From positions 640,001 to 704,000 of the forward strand of contig CAWGVS010000006.1 in the NCBI GenBank assembly GCA_963826115.1: 64,000 nucleotides of DNA. The letters are read 5' to 3'. Numbering within the stretch: the stretch's first letter is position 1; every line of letters begins with the position of its first letter. The position numbers were made by a program, and so were the translations under genes. Source of the stretch: an uncultured Candidatus Rokubacteria bacterium. Its GTDB lineage: Bacteria > Methylomirabilota > Methylomirabilia > Rokubacteriales > DASRDR01. This document shows positions 1 through 9,451 of this stretch, one piece after another. Under the pieces are notes generated by a model. It did not search any database. It worked only from the letters and a program-made list of their open reading frames with translations, and was not told the origin of the DNA.

Positions 1-1
1 G

Positions 2-1351
2 CCCGCGGCCCTCCCGCCGTACTGGCTCGCCATCAAGCCCGGGCCAGGGGAGGAGATCCTCAAGTTCCTCAAGACGATCCCCCAGGACCCCAATCCGCTC
101 GGCGTGCGCGCGGCGCTCTTCCGCACCCAGACGTATCCGGACAGCTTCACGCGGACCACGCTCTCGAGCCTCGACGGGACGACGCTGGTCGGGCGCTGGG
201 CCGTCCACCGCTCGCCTCGCCCCGGCGTGGTCCTGGCCCACGGGTTCAGCCAGAGCAAGGACCAGAAGTACATCGTCGAGCTCGCCGACCTGTTCGCGCG
301 GAACGGCTGGCACGTCCTCGCCATCGACTTCCGCGATCACGGCGAGACGCGGCAGGCGTCGAAGGCGCCGTACACCGAGGGGTGGAAGGAGACCGACGAC
401 GTCATCGCGGCCGTCCGCGCTCTCCGGGCCGAGAGCCGGGCCACCTCGATCTCGGTGATCGGGTTCAGCGACGGGGGGCGGGCGCTCGTCAAGGCGATGG
501 CCCGGGACACCGGCGACATCGCGGCCGGCATCGCGGTGACGGCGCCGCTCGGCCCGTACGCGCCGGCGACGCCGCCGGACCCCGGCTACACGCCGAGCCC
601 CATGGCGCGCTTCTTCCTCGACTTCCTGGGGACGAAGTCCTTCTACGAGTACTCCGAGCGCGCCGCCCGCTTCTACGGCGTCGACGTCCGGGGGCTCGAG
701 GCCGGGAACGTCGTGGGGGACGAGATCGCGAAGGTGAAGGCGCCGCTCCTCGTCCTCGACGCGCTCGACGACTCGCTCCGGCTGGCCCGGATCAAGGGGG
801 GCGCCCACGACGGGGCCCACTGGAGCCTCGCCTACCGGGACCTCGTCAAGGACAACCCGCACGTGCACCCGTACCTGGTCGACCGCGGGAACCACGGGGG
901 CCTCCTGTACCTGTCGGACCCCTACTGGTTCGGCGTCACCGCGATGAGCTACCTCAAGCACTGGCAGGCGCGCGCGGAGGACCGGGTCACGGCCCGGGCG
1001 CCCGTGCTGGACGTGCTCGCCGAGGGGGCGGTCAGCGGGCCGACGGCGACCTATCGCTTCGTCGTCCGGAACCACGGGCCGAAGTCGTTCGGCCCGCTCG
1101 ACGTGTATCTCGGCATGCCGGCCGGCGCCCGGCTGGCCCATTGCTGGCTCGGCGCCGAGGGCCTGGGCCGCTGCGCGGTGGACGGCGGCCGCCTGGTCTG
1201 GAGCCTGCCTCGCCTGTCCGGCGAGAGCACGGCGGGGACGTTCGGCGCCGTCCTGGACCTCGCCGGCGTCAAGTCCGGCTCCTTCGAGGCGCTCGTGAGC
1301 GTGGCGCAGGAAGGCGCGCTGACGCAGGAGGTGTCGCTCGAGAAGCCGTAG
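2..1351 (+). CDS. alpha/beta hydrolase with C-terminal Ig-like (DUF11-like) domain, 5' partial
   Basis: HGF oxyanion motif, GFSDG nucleophile elbow, late His (GNHGG); tail TYRFVVRNHGP resembles DUF11; frame open back to window start. Confidence 0.8.
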   Translation, partial: PAALPPYWLAIKPGPGEEILKFLKTIPQDPNPLGVRAALFRTQTYPDSFTRTTLSSLDGTTLVGRWAVHRSPRPGVVLAHGFSQSKDQKYIVELADLFARNGWHVLAIDFRDHGETRQASKAPYTEGWKETDDVIAAVRALRAESRATSISVIGFSDGGRALVKAMARDTGDIAAGIAVTAPLGPYAPATPPDPGYTPSPMARFFLDFLGTKSFYEYSERAARFYGVDVRGLEAGNVVGDEIAKVKAPLLVLDALDDSLRLARIKGGAHDGAHWSLAYRDLVKDNPHVHPYLVDRGNHGGLLYLSDPYWFGVTAMSYLKHWQARAEDRVTARAPVLDVLAEGAVSGPTATYRFVVRNHGPKSFGPLDVYLGMPAGARLAHCWLGAEGLGRCAVDGGRLVWSLPRLSGESTAGTFGAVLDLAGVKSGSFEALVSVAQEGALTQEVSLEKP

Positions 1352-1372
1352 CGGCTCGCGCCGGCGGCCCCT

Positions 1373-1957
1373 CTAGCGTGTCTTGAACGCGATCTCCTCG
1401 CCTTTGCCGACCGGCACCGTCACGCTCAGGAGATCCGGGTGGGCTTTCACGCGCGCGAGGAAATCCGTGAGCTCCGACTGGTGCGAGACGACGTTGTCGG
1501 CGACGAGGAGGCCGCCGGGCGCGAGGCGCGGCACGGCCAGCTCGAGGTACGCGCGGTAGCTCCCGCGGTCGGCGTCGAGGAAGACCAGGTCGAACGGACC
1601 CGGCAGGGCGGCGAGCGTGTCGGCGGCTGGGCCCTCCCGGACGTCCACCCACGCGGCGACGCCCGCGCGGTCGAGGTTCTGCCGCGCGAGCCGCACCTTG
1701 TTCGGGTCGCGCTCGAGGGTCGTCACGCGCCCGCCGGTCGCCCGCGCGGCGTCGGCGAGCCAGATCGTCGAGTACGCGTTCGACGTGCCGACCTCGAGGA
1801 TCCGCGTCGCGCGCGCGGCGCGGATCAGGATCCAGAGGAGGCGCCCGGTATCCGGCGTGATGTTGAGCATGCGCCGCGGGCGCTCGGTCTCGCGCGCGTC
1901 GTTGTCGTCGCCGGCCTGCCAGAGCTCGTCCAGGAGCGTGTGCAGCGCTGGGTCCAT
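1373..1957 (-). CDS. class I SAM-dependent O-methyltransferase
   Basis: ILEVGTSNAYS and FDLVFLDA motifs, LVADNV; GAGGAGG SD before ATG 1957. Confidence 0.9.
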   Translation of the reverse strand: MDPALHTLLDELWQAGDDNDARETERPRRMLNITPDTGRLLWILIRAARATRILEVGTSNAYSTIWLADAARATGGRVTTLERDPNKVRLARQNLDRAGVAAWVDVREGPAADTLAALPGPFDLVFLDADRGSYRAYLELAVPRLAPGGLLVADNVVSHQSELTDFLARVKAHPDLLSVTVPVGKGEEIAFKTR

Positions 1958-2039
1958 CGACGCCTCCTCAGCGCCCCGGTCGGGCGCCGGCGCCGACTCT
2001 AGCACGGCGGCCCGTGCCGCGCCTCGCCCCCCAACATTG

Positions 2040-2120
2040 ACGCCCGGGGTCAGGAACGCCCGGGGTCAGGCCCCAGACTGCGGCTTTCCGCCAAGATCAA
2101 GGTCTGAGGCCTGACCCCGG
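2040..2120. repeat. REP-like palindromic element with tandem 15-bp duplication
   Basis: ACGCCCGGGGTCAGG twice (2040, 2056); inverted repeat 2060-2078 / 2102-2120 with 18/19 match. Confidence 0.6.
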
Positions 2121-2177
2121 ACTTCGAGGGAGCGCGCCTTGACCGGCGCGCGGGGGCCGGGCTAGCCTCGTCGGACG

Positions 2178-2945
2178 ATGGGAGACCGCCTCCGGGGCAA
2201 GGTGGCGATCGTCACGGGCGCCGGCTCGCGGGGGCCCGGGCTCGGCAACGGCAAGGCGGCCGCCATCCTCTTCGCGCGCGAGGGCGCGCGGGTCCTCTGC
2301 GTCGACCAGGAGCTGGCGCGCGCCGAGGAGACCGTGGCCCTGATCCACGCGGAGGGCGGCGACGCGGCGGCCGCCCCCGCGAACGTCACGCGAGCCGACG
2401 ATTGCCAGGCCATGGTCGAGGCGGCGGTGGCGCGCTGGGGCGGGCTCGACGTGCTGCACAACAACGTCGGGATCGAGTCCCGCAAGGACCTCCTCGAGAC
2501 CACCGAGGCGGAGTGGGACCGGGTGCTCGACGTCGACCTGAAGTCGGTCTTCCTCGCCACCCGGGCGGCGGTGCCCGCGATGATCGCCCGCGGCGGGGGC
2601 TCGGTGATCTGCGTGTCGTCGATCGCCGGGCGCGTCGGCCACGGCCGCCCGGCCTACGCGGCGGCCAAGGCGGGGATCGATGGCTTCGTCCGCACCGTCG
2701 CCGTCCAGCTCGGCCCGAAGGGCGTCCGCGTCAACGCGATCGCGCCCGGCACCGTGTGGACGCCCATGGTCTCCGCCCTCGGCGAGGAGGCGCGGGAGCG
2801 CCGCCGGAGGGCGAGCCCCCTCGGCACGGAAGGGACCGGCTGGGACGTGGGCTGGGGCGCGGTCTACCTGGCGAGCGACGAGTCGCGCTGGGTCACCGGC
2901 CACGTCCTCGTGATCGACGCCGGCCTCAGCGCCACGACGCGCTAG
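2178..2945 (+). CDS. SDR family oxidoreductase
   Basis: VAIVTGAGS..GNG, HNNVG, YAAAK, VNAIAPG. Confidence 0.92.
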   Translation: MGDRLRGKVAIVTGAGSRGPGLGNGKAAAILFAREGARVLCVDQELARAEETVALIHAEGGDAAAAPANVTRADDCQAMVEAAVARWGGLDVLHNNVGIESRKDLLETTEAEWDRVLDVDLKSVFLATRAAVPAMIARGGGSVICVSSIAGRVGHGRPAYAAAKAGIDGFVRTVAVQLGPKGVRVNAIAPGTVWTPMVSALGEEARERRRRASPLGTEGTGWDVGWGAVYLASDESRWVTGHVLVIDAGLSATTR

Positions 2946-3569
2946 CTAGCCCGCGAAGCCCTTCTGGCGGAGCGTCTCGTCGATGCGGGCGCGGTGGGCC
3001 TTCTCCCAGGCGTCGAGGCTCGTCGCCGCGTCCTTCTCCGCGCGGGCCCGGGCGGCCTGGAGGACGTGCGTCGCGCGCGCGAGCGGCACGACCACCACGC
3101 CCTCCTCGTCGCCCACGACGATGTCGCCCGGCTGGACGTCCACGCCGCCGACCCGCACGGGCCCGCCGAGCGCGCCCAGGACGTCCTTGGCCCCCGGGAT
3201 CGGGATGACGCCGCGGGCGAGGACGGGGAACGCCTTTTCCCGCGCCTCGGCGACGTCGCGGATCACCCCGTCGACCACGAAGCCCGCCACGCCGCGTCGC
3301 TGGGCGACCGCGCACACGTTCCCGCCGGCGACCGCGTAGTCCACGTCGCCGGCCTCGACCACGATCACGTCCCCCGGCGCCGCCCGGTAGATCGCCGCGT
3401 GGACCATGAGGTTGTCGCCGGGCGGGCAGCGGACGGTGAAGGCCGGGCCGGCGAGGCGCGGCATCCCGGGCCAGAGCGGGCGAATCCCGATGTCCATGAC
3501 GCGATCGCGGGTGAGCGCGTCGGCCAGGCTCGTGGGCGACAGCTTCAGGAAGTCGGCGGCGAGGGACAT
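2946..3569 (-). CDS. RraA/HMG-aldolase family protein
   Basis: GPAFTV, GDNL, VVDGVIRD, PGDIVVGDEEGVVVVP motifs. Confidence 0.9.
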   Translation of the reverse strand: MSLAADFLKLSPTSLADALTRDRVMDIGIRPLWPGMPRLAGPAFTVRCPPGDNLMVHAAIYRAAPGDVIVVEAGDVDYAVAGGNVCAVAQRRGVAGFVVDGVIRDVAEAREKAFPVLARGVIPIPGAKDVLGALGGPVRVGGVDVQPGDIVVGDEEGVVVVPLARATHVLQAARARAEKDAATSLDAWEKAHRARIDETLRQKGFAG

Positions 3570-3689
3570 GGGGCCTCCTGTGGGTCGACGCGGATGCGGC
3601 GCTGCCGGGCCGGAGCGCGGTCAGCGACCCGCCGGCCCGCCCAGCGTAGCACGCGCCGCCGGAGCCCCGGCGCGCCGCGCCGTACGCTA

Positions 3690-3701
3690 GCATACGTATG
3701 C
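3690..3701. promoter_or_regulatory. perfect 12-bp palindrome, candidate operator for the RHH antitoxin
   Basis: GCATACGTATGC 36 nt upstream of the CopG-like ATG. Confidence 0.4.
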
Positions 3702-3737
3702 GTGCCGATGGCGGCGGCTGGGGGAGTGAGGGCCGGG

Positions 3738-3968
3738 ATGCGCCGAACGACGATCTTTCTGGACGAGGACGTGCTCCGGAGACTGCGCGAGATCGCGAAG
3801 CGCGAGAACATGAGCCTGTCCGACGCCATCAGGGCCGCGCTCGACCGCTACGTCGCGCGCCGCGGGCCCAGGTGAGCTCGCCTGTCGCTGATCGGCATCG
3901 GCCGCAGCGGCCGGCGCGACGTCGCCGAGCGCGCGGAAGACCTGCTGGGCAGGAGCGTCGGGCGCTGA
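3738..3968 (+). pseudogene. CopG/ribbon-helix-helix antitoxin (VapB-like) with internal TGA
   Basis: MRRTTIFLDEDVLRRLREIAKRENMSLSDAIRAALDRY; TGA 3873-3875 followed in frame by ARLSLIGIGRSGRRDVAERAEDLL, a typical antitoxin tail. Confidence 0.7.
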
Positions 3969-4036
3969 TGCCGCCGACCCTGGTGGGGACCACCTTCCTC
4001 TCGCGTCACCGCAAGACGCTCGAGCTGCTGCCCTGA
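3968..4036 (+). pseudogene. collapsed PIN-domain toxin (VapC-like) remnant
   Basis: TGATG-coupled 22-aa ORF MPPTLVGTTFLSRHRKTLELLP: PIN-like start (xLVDT) joined to a PIN-like end (RH..LELLP). Confidence 0.5.
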
Positions 4037-4052
4037 CCGGCAGGATGCGCGC

Positions 4053-4853
4053 GTGAGAGCGCGGGAGCTGGCCGGGCGCGTCGTCGTGATCACGGGCGCC
4101 TCGAGCGGGATCGGCGCCGCGACGGCGATCGCGTGCGGGCGCGAAGGGATGCGGGTCGTCCTCGCCGCGCGCCGCGCGGACCGGCTCGAGGCGGTGGCGC
4201 GCGAGGTGACCGCCGCGGGCGGGGCGGCGCGGGTCGCGCCGACCGACGTCGCCGACGAGGCCCAGGTCCGGGCGCTGATCGATGGCACGGTCGACGCGTG
4301 GGGGCGCCTCGACGTCCTCGTCAACAACGCGGGCGTCGGGATCCTCGCGACGGTGGAGCAGACGACGTCCGCGGAGTTCGAGGAGATCGTCCGGGTGAAC
4401 TACCTCGGCACGGTCTACGGGGTGCTCGCCGCGCTGCCGCACATGCGGCGCCAGGGCGCCGGCCACCTGGTCAACGTCGCCTCGGTGGTGGGGAAGCGCG
4501 CGAGCCCCTTCCGCGCGGCCTACGTCGCCTCGAAGTTCGCGGTGGTCGGTCTCTCGGAGGCGCTCCGCATGGAGCTCCCGGGGACGGGGATCGACGTGAC
4601 GTGCGTGTGCCCGATCGGCACCGCGACGGAGTTCCACGCGGTTGAGCCGAACCGCCTCGGCGTGCCCGGGCGCGGCGGCCCGATCCAGAGCGCCGAGCAC
4701 GTCGCCCGCGCGATCGTGCGGACGCTCCGGCGCCCCCGCGCCGAGGTGCATCCCTATCCGCCGGCGCGCTTCCTGTTCCTCGCGAACGCGCTCGCGCCCG
4801 CCCTCGTCGACCGGCTGCTCCTCCGCCTCAGCCCGCGCGCTCGCGCCCGCTGA
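4053..4853 (+). CDS. SDR family oxidoreductase
   Basis: TGASSGIG, NNAG, YVASK. Confidence 0.92.
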   Translation: MRARELAGRVVVITGASSGIGAATAIACGREGMRVVLAARRADRLEAVAREVTAAGGAARVAPTDVADEAQVRALIDGTVDAWGRLDVLVNNAGVGILATVEQTTSAEFEEIVRVNYLGTVYGVLAALPHMRRQGAGHLVNVASVVGKRASPFRAAYVASKFAVVGLSEALRMELPGTGIDVTCVCPIGTATEFHAVEPNRLGVPGRGGPIQSAEHVARAIVRTLRRPRAEVHPYPPARFLFLANALAPALVDRLLLRLSPRARAR

Positions 4854-6009
4854 CCGGCACCGCGCGCCGGCACGTCTGCCAGAGCAGCAGGTCGTAGACG
4901 ATCTTCAGCACGCCCCCCAGGACGAACGGCGCCGACAGCGACACCGCCTGCATGACGTAGCCCGTGAGGGCCGGGCTCACCGCCTGCGCCACGGTCCGGC
5001 CCGCGTTGGTCACCGTCGCCGTCGCCTCCCGCTCGTCGTCCCGCACGACCTGCATCAGGAACGCCTGGCGCGTCGGCACGTCGATCTGCGCGAGGAGCGC
5101 GCGCGCCAGCAGGAGGCCGACCGCCACGGCGGCCGTGGGCGCGAGCCCCATCGCGACCAGGAGGACGTTCGAGCAGAGATGGGAGAACACCATCGTGTTC
5201 ACGAGCCCGAACCAGCGGGACGCCCGCACCGCGAGCAGGACCGAGCACGCCGTCAGCAGCTGGGCCGCGAAGAACACGGCGCCGATGGCGGAGGGCGTGA
5301 GCTCGAAGTGCGCGTAGAGCCAGTAGACCAGGAGGCTCTGGAGCACGAAGCCGCCGGCGAAGGAGTCGAGCGCGAAGAGGGCCGCGATGCGGTAGATCAG
5401 GCGCCGTGACGGGAAGTGGGGGCCGCCGGGCGCCGGCGGGTCCACGGGGACGGCCGGGAGGCGCGCGTAGAGGAGGGCCTGGAGAACGCCCGCGAGCGCG
5501 AAGCCCCAGAAGAGGAGCACGGCGCCGTCGGGCATCGCGGCGACCGCGAGGGCGCCCAGCCCCGAGGCCATGTAACCCACCAGGTTGTAGAGGCTCATCC
5601 AGAGCGTGAGGTCGCGCGTCGCGGCCGCGCGCGCGACCAGGACCTGCTCGATCGACAGGAACGGCCCCGTCTCCCCCGTGCTGACTGCCACGTTGCCGAG
5701 CATGGCTGCCAGGACGACCAGGGCCGGCGCGCGCGCCGTCGCGAGGAGGACGCCGGCCCCCGCCACGAGCCACGCCAGCGCGACCAGGACCGCGCGCCCG
5801 CCGTGCCGCTCGGCGGGGCGGCGGATCAGGAGCGTCAGCGCGGCGCTCGCGGCGAGCGTCAGCGTGACCGCCCAGCCGATGCCGGCCGCGTCGAGCCCGA
5901 GCGCCGCGAGGTGAAGGGGCAGCAGGATGCCGAGATAGCCGTAGCAGAAGGTGCGGACCGCCTTCGCCGCGAAGACGAGGACGAGGGTCGACGTGGCCGC
6001 CGGCGCCAT
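4828..6009 (-). CDS. MFS transporter
   Basis: many hydrophobic segments, GPFLSIEQ, DSFAGG, QIDVPTRQ motifs. Confidence 0.88.
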   Translation of the reverse strand: MAPAATSTLVLVFAAKAVRTFCYGYLGILLPLHLAALGLDAAGIGWAVTLTLAASAALTLLIRRPAERHGGRAVLVALAWLVAGAGVLLATARAPALVVLAAMLGNVAVSTGETGPFLSIEQVLVARAAATRDLTLWMSLYNLVGYMASGLGALAVAAMPDGAVLLFWGFALAGVLQALLYARLPAVPVDPPAPGGPHFPSRRLIYRIAALFALDSFAGGFVLQSLLVYWLYAHFELTPSAIGAVFFAAQLLTACSVLLAVRASRWFGLVNTMVFSHLCSNVLLVAMGLAPTAAVAVGLLLARALLAQIDVPTRQAFLMQVVRDDEREATATVTNAGRTVAQAVSPALTGYVMQAVSLSAPFVLGGVLKIVYDLLLWQTCRRAVPVSGRERAG

Positions 6010-6082
6010 GGTCCCACAAGGGTACGTCAACGCGCGCGCGGCGGGCCCGGGCGCGCAAGCGCCCCCTGAATACCGGCGGTCG

Positions 6083-6098
6083 TGGCACCGTCATTGCT
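6083..6098 (+). promoter_or_regulatory. sigma54 (-24/-12) promoter
   Basis: TGGCACCGTCATTGCT matches TGGCAC-N5-TTGC with GG-N10-GC spacing, in AT-richer intergenic DNA. Confidence 0.7.
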
Positions 6099-6199
6099 TC
6101 TGTACAAGATGTAGCGGATTGCCTGACTACTAAACAGGTGTTAGCATCCAGGCTGGGACGAGGGAACGCACGTAGAGAAGGATGGGAAGGAGGCAACCG

Positions 6200-6496
6200 A
6201 TGAGACGGTCAGGACTGCTGGAGACGATGGCGAGCGGCGACCTCGAGGCCGTGACGCGCGCCGTGGGCCGAGGCTACCGGGCGGGAAGCGTCGAGCGTCT
6301 CGCCGCGCGCGATCCCGAGTGGCGCGAGGCGCTGGAGCGGGCGGAGGGCGAGGTCGGGACGCTCTACGCCGAGCTCTGCCAGGCGGACGACACGCTCGTC
6401 CGCTGGCGCGAGGCGATCAGCGAGCTCTACCGGGTCTGGTCGCGCGTGAACGACGCGGCGGTCGAGGACGAGGTGCACCTGGAGGAGGTCGCGTAG
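6200..6496 (+). CDS. small helical hypothetical protein
   Basis: GGAAGGAGG SD, GC3-biased codons, acidic LEEVA tail. Confidence 0.7.
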   Translation: MRRSGLLETMASGDLEAVTRAVGRGYRAGSVERLAARDPEWREALERAEGEVGTLYAELCQADDTLVRWREAISELYRVWSRVNDAAVEDEVHLEEVA

Positions 6497-6500
6497 CATC

Positions 6501-6689
6501 GTGACGGCGCCGGGCTCGGGGCGCGAGCGCGTCGAGGCGCGGGGGCTCGAGGCCGCGTCCGGCCGCGGCGCATCGGCGCCCGTGACGGACGGGTCGCTCG
6601 AGGAAGTGGTGGTCTGCCGGCTCTGCGGGCTCGTCATGCGGCGCCCGTTTCCGCCGGAGTGTCCCGCCTGCGGCGGCGGCTTCGGCTGA
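6501..6689 (+). CDS. small rubredoxin-like/zinc-ribbon protein
   Basis: CRLCG...CPACGG. Confidence 0.55.
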   Translation: MTAPGSGRERVEARGLEAASGRGASAPVTDGSLEEVVVCRLCGLVMRRPFPPECPACGGGFG

Positions 6690-6783
6690 TGCGGCTAGGC
6701 GGCCCCGGTCGGGGCCTGGCCCGCGGGAGCCTGGTCGGCTAGGATCGGGCCCAGGCGGAGAGACCCTTCTCCGCTTCCCGGGC

Positions 6784-7641
6784 ATGCGCGTGGAGCGTCC
6801 GCAGCGCATCCGAAGACCGAGGGCCGGCAGCGACCTTCGCCGCGCCGGCCGGATGGCGGCGCTCGCCTTCCTGGCCTGGGCGCCGGCGGCTTCCGCCCAG
6901 GATCCGATCGAACGGACCTGGACGACGGACAGCGGGGCCCAGGGCTACCGGCTATCGCCGGGGGTCGTGCCCGCGCTCCGGGGCTTCGACGTCGGCTACA
7001 CGCGGAGCGACCACCAGGTGAAGCACCTTCTCCTCGGGCCGGTCACCACCTCCCCCCTCGCCTCTGGCGATTTCGTCATCTCGCTCCAGGACCACGACGG
7101 GCGCGACGCCGTCTCGGGGAGCGTCAAGCTGACGGACCTGCGCCGCCTCGGCCGGCACTCCGAGGTGTCGCGGCGAGACTGCCCGCGCGAGTGTCGATTG
7201 CGGATCCCGAACCTGATCGGCCCCGAAGCGTTCCTCCTGACCGGCTTCGCCTTCCAGCTCGCCTCGGGCGGCGACCGGAACGTGCTCCAGGTGAAGGTGC
7301 GGCAGGCCGCCCACAACGGCTACGTCGACGTCGCGTTCGTCGACGGGGCGGGGACGGAGCCCTACTACGCGCACGTGACCTACGCGGTGATCCCGAGGGC
7401 GTTGCTCGGGCCGTACCTGGTGCAGGCCCGCTCCGCGGGGGCCGTGCGCGGCGAGGCGGCCGTCGCGCGCCCGCCGGGCCTGGCGCTCCTCCAGTCGTTC
7501 GACCTCCGCTTCCTCAACGGAGACCACCACCTCCAGCGGATCGCCGTCGACCTCACCGGAAACCGCATCCTGGTGCGGTTCCGCGACCAGAACGGCGACG
7601 ACCCGTTCGAGTGGCACGTGGAGTACTCCGTCCTGCGCTGA
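6784..7641 (+). CDS. secreted protein with three internal beta-rich repeats (start may be 6853)
   Basis: signal peptide ending ASA-QD; three Lx(G/S)F...D(H/R) repeats. Confidence 0.75.
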   Translation: MRVERPQRIRRPRAGSDLRRAGRMAALAFLAWAPAASAQDPIERTWTTDSGAQGYRLSPGVVPALRGFDVGYTRSDHQVKHLLLGPVTTSPLASGDFVISLQDHDGRDAVSGSVKLTDLRRLGRHSEVSRRDCPRECRLRIPNLIGPEAFLLTGFAFQLASGGDRNVLQVKVRQAAHNGYVDVAFVDGAGTEPYYAHVTYAVIPRALLGPYLVQARSAGAVRGEAAVARPPGLALLQSFDLRFLNGDHHLQRIAVDLTGNRILVRFRDQNGDDPFEWHVEYSVLR

Positions 7642-7714
7642 ACGGCACCCGGGCCGTCGCACCTCGCCGCGTTCCCTCCTGCGCGCCTCGCGAGTCGCGG
7701 GCATAATCGGGGGA

Positions 7715-8539
7715 ATGCTCGCCCGCCAGGCTCCCCGCGACCGCTTCGTCACCGTCCACGGGCTCCGGCTCCGCTATCGCGACTGGGGCGGCGGCGGCCG
7801 TCCGCTCCTCGCCCTCCACGGCGCCGTGGCCCACGCGCACTGGTGGGACCCGGTGGCGCCCTACCTGGCGCGCCGCTTTCGCGTGCTGGCCCTCGACTGG
7901 CGGGGGCACGGCCGGAGCGCGTGGCCCCGGCCGCCCGCCTATCGCAGCGAGGACTTCGCCGCCGAGCTCGCCGGGGTGATCGACGGGCTCGGCTTGAAGG
8001 ACGTGGTCGTTGCCGGGCACTCGATGGGCGGCCACAACGCGATCGCGTTCGCCGCCTGGTACCCGGACCGGCTCGCGCGCCTGGTCGTCGTCGACGCGCG
8101 CCCCCACGTCAACTACGACCGGCTCCGGGCGCTCCAGCGCCGCGCGCCGCGCCCGCCGACCGACTTTCCCACGCTGGCGGCCGCGCTCGCCCGGTTCCGG
8201 CTCCGCCCGCCGGAGACCACCGCCTCGCCGGCTCTCGTCCGGCGCATCGGCCGTGCCGGCGTCGCGCGGCTCCCGTCGGGGCGCTGGCGCTACCGCTTCG
8301 ATCCCGCGTGCGAGCAGACCCGGGTGCCGGTGGACTGCTGGGCGCTGCTCCCGCGTATCGGTTCGCCGACGCTGGTGGTGCGGGGCGAGCACAGCACGAT
8401 CCTCGAGCGGGACGTCGCCGAGCGCATGGTCAAGGCCCTGCCCTCGGGGACGCTCGAGGAGATCCCCGGCGCCCACCACCACGTGACCTTCGACGCGCCC
8501 CGCGCGCTGGCCGATCGCATCGTCGACTGGGTCGGCTGA
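7715..8539 (+). CDS. alpha/beta hydrolase
   Basis: LHG, DWRGHGRS, GHSMGG, AHHH. Confidence 0.92.
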   Translation: MLARQAPRDRFVTVHGLRLRYRDWGGGGRPLLALHGAVAHAHWWDPVAPYLARRFRVLALDWRGHGRSAWPRPPAYRSEDFAAELAGVIDGLGLKDVVVAGHSMGGHNAIAFAAWYPDRLARLVVVDARPHVNYDRLRALQRRAPRPPTDFPTLAAALARFRLRPPETTASPALVRRIGRAGVARLPSGRWRYRFDPACEQTRVPVDCWALLPRIGSPTLVVRGEHSTILERDVAERMVKALPSGTLEEIPGAHHHVTFDAPRALADRIVDWVG

Positions 8540-8631
8540 GGGCGTGGTCCGGCCGGGGCCCGGCGGACGGCGGCCCCTGGTATGCTGAGCCGCCGAAGGC
8601 GACCCACCTCGAGAGGAGCGGGAGGGCGACG

Positions 8632-9426
8632 ATGCGCGTGCTCGTGACGGGAGCGGCCAGCGGGATCGGCCGCGCGACGTGCGTGAGGCTTGCCCGGGAG
8701 GCCCGGGCGGCGGGCCGGACCGCGGGGGTGGCGGCGGTGGACGTCGGGCCCCCGGCGGCGCTGGACGGCCTGGTCGCGGAGCTCCGCGAGCTCGGGGCCG
8801 ACGCGCTGTCGATCCTCGCCGACATGGGCACGCCGGAAGCGCCGGAGCGGGCGGTGGCCGAGGCCGTCGCGCGCTTCGGCGGCCTCGACGGGCTCGTCAG
8901 CAACGCCGGCATCAACCGCCCGGGCCCGCTCCTCGACTACGCCGTCGAGGACTGGGACCGGCTCTTCGCGGTGAACACGCGGGCGACCTGGCTCCTCGCC
9001 AAGGCGGCCCACCCGGCGCTTCGCGCGTCGGGCGGCGCGATCGTGGCCGTCGCCTCGATGTCGGGCTCCCACGCCCACGCGGGCCTCGGCGCCTACGCCC
9101 CGAGCAAGGCGGCCGTCATCATGCTGGCCCGGGTCCTCGCCCAGGAGTTCGGCCGGGACGGCATCCGCGTCAACACCGTCTCGCCCGGCATGACGCGCAC
9201 CGGCATGACGACCCGCGTCTACGCGGACCCGAAGGTCGCCGCCGACCGCGACGCGCTCGTGCCGCTCGGACGCGTGGCCACGCCCGACGACATGGCCGCG
9301 GCCATCCTGTTCCTGCTCTCGCCCGACGCCCGCTACGTCAACGGCCACGACCTGATCGTCGACGGCGGGCTCACCGGCAGCTTCCTCGGCCGCCTGCCGG
9401 GGCTCTCGCAGGTCACGCGCGCCTGA
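8632..9426 (+). CDS. SDR family oxidoreductase
   Basis: MRVLVTGAASGIG, SNAG, YAPSK; 3' part of track ORF 7843..9426. Confidence 0.9.
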   Translation: MRVLVTGAASGIGRATCVRLAREARAAGRTAGVAAVDVGPPAALDGLVAELRELGADALSILADMGTPEAPERAVAEAVARFGGLDGLVSNAGINRPGPLLDYAVEDWDRLFAVNTRATWLLAKAAHPALRASGGAIVAVASMSGSHAHAGLGAYAPSKAAVIMLARVLAQEFGRDGIRVNTVSPGMTRTGMTTRVYADPKVAADRDALVPLGRVATPDDMAAAILFLLSPDARYVNGHDLIVDGGLTGSFLGRLPGLSQVTRA

Positions 9427-9451
9427 CGGCGCGGCACAGAGGAGACCGACC

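Noticed and set aside
3873-3875. TGA as selenocysteine (and TAG 40152 as pyrrolysine)
   Set aside because: No Cys/redox context or recognisable recoding signal; simple nonsense changes are more parsimonious.
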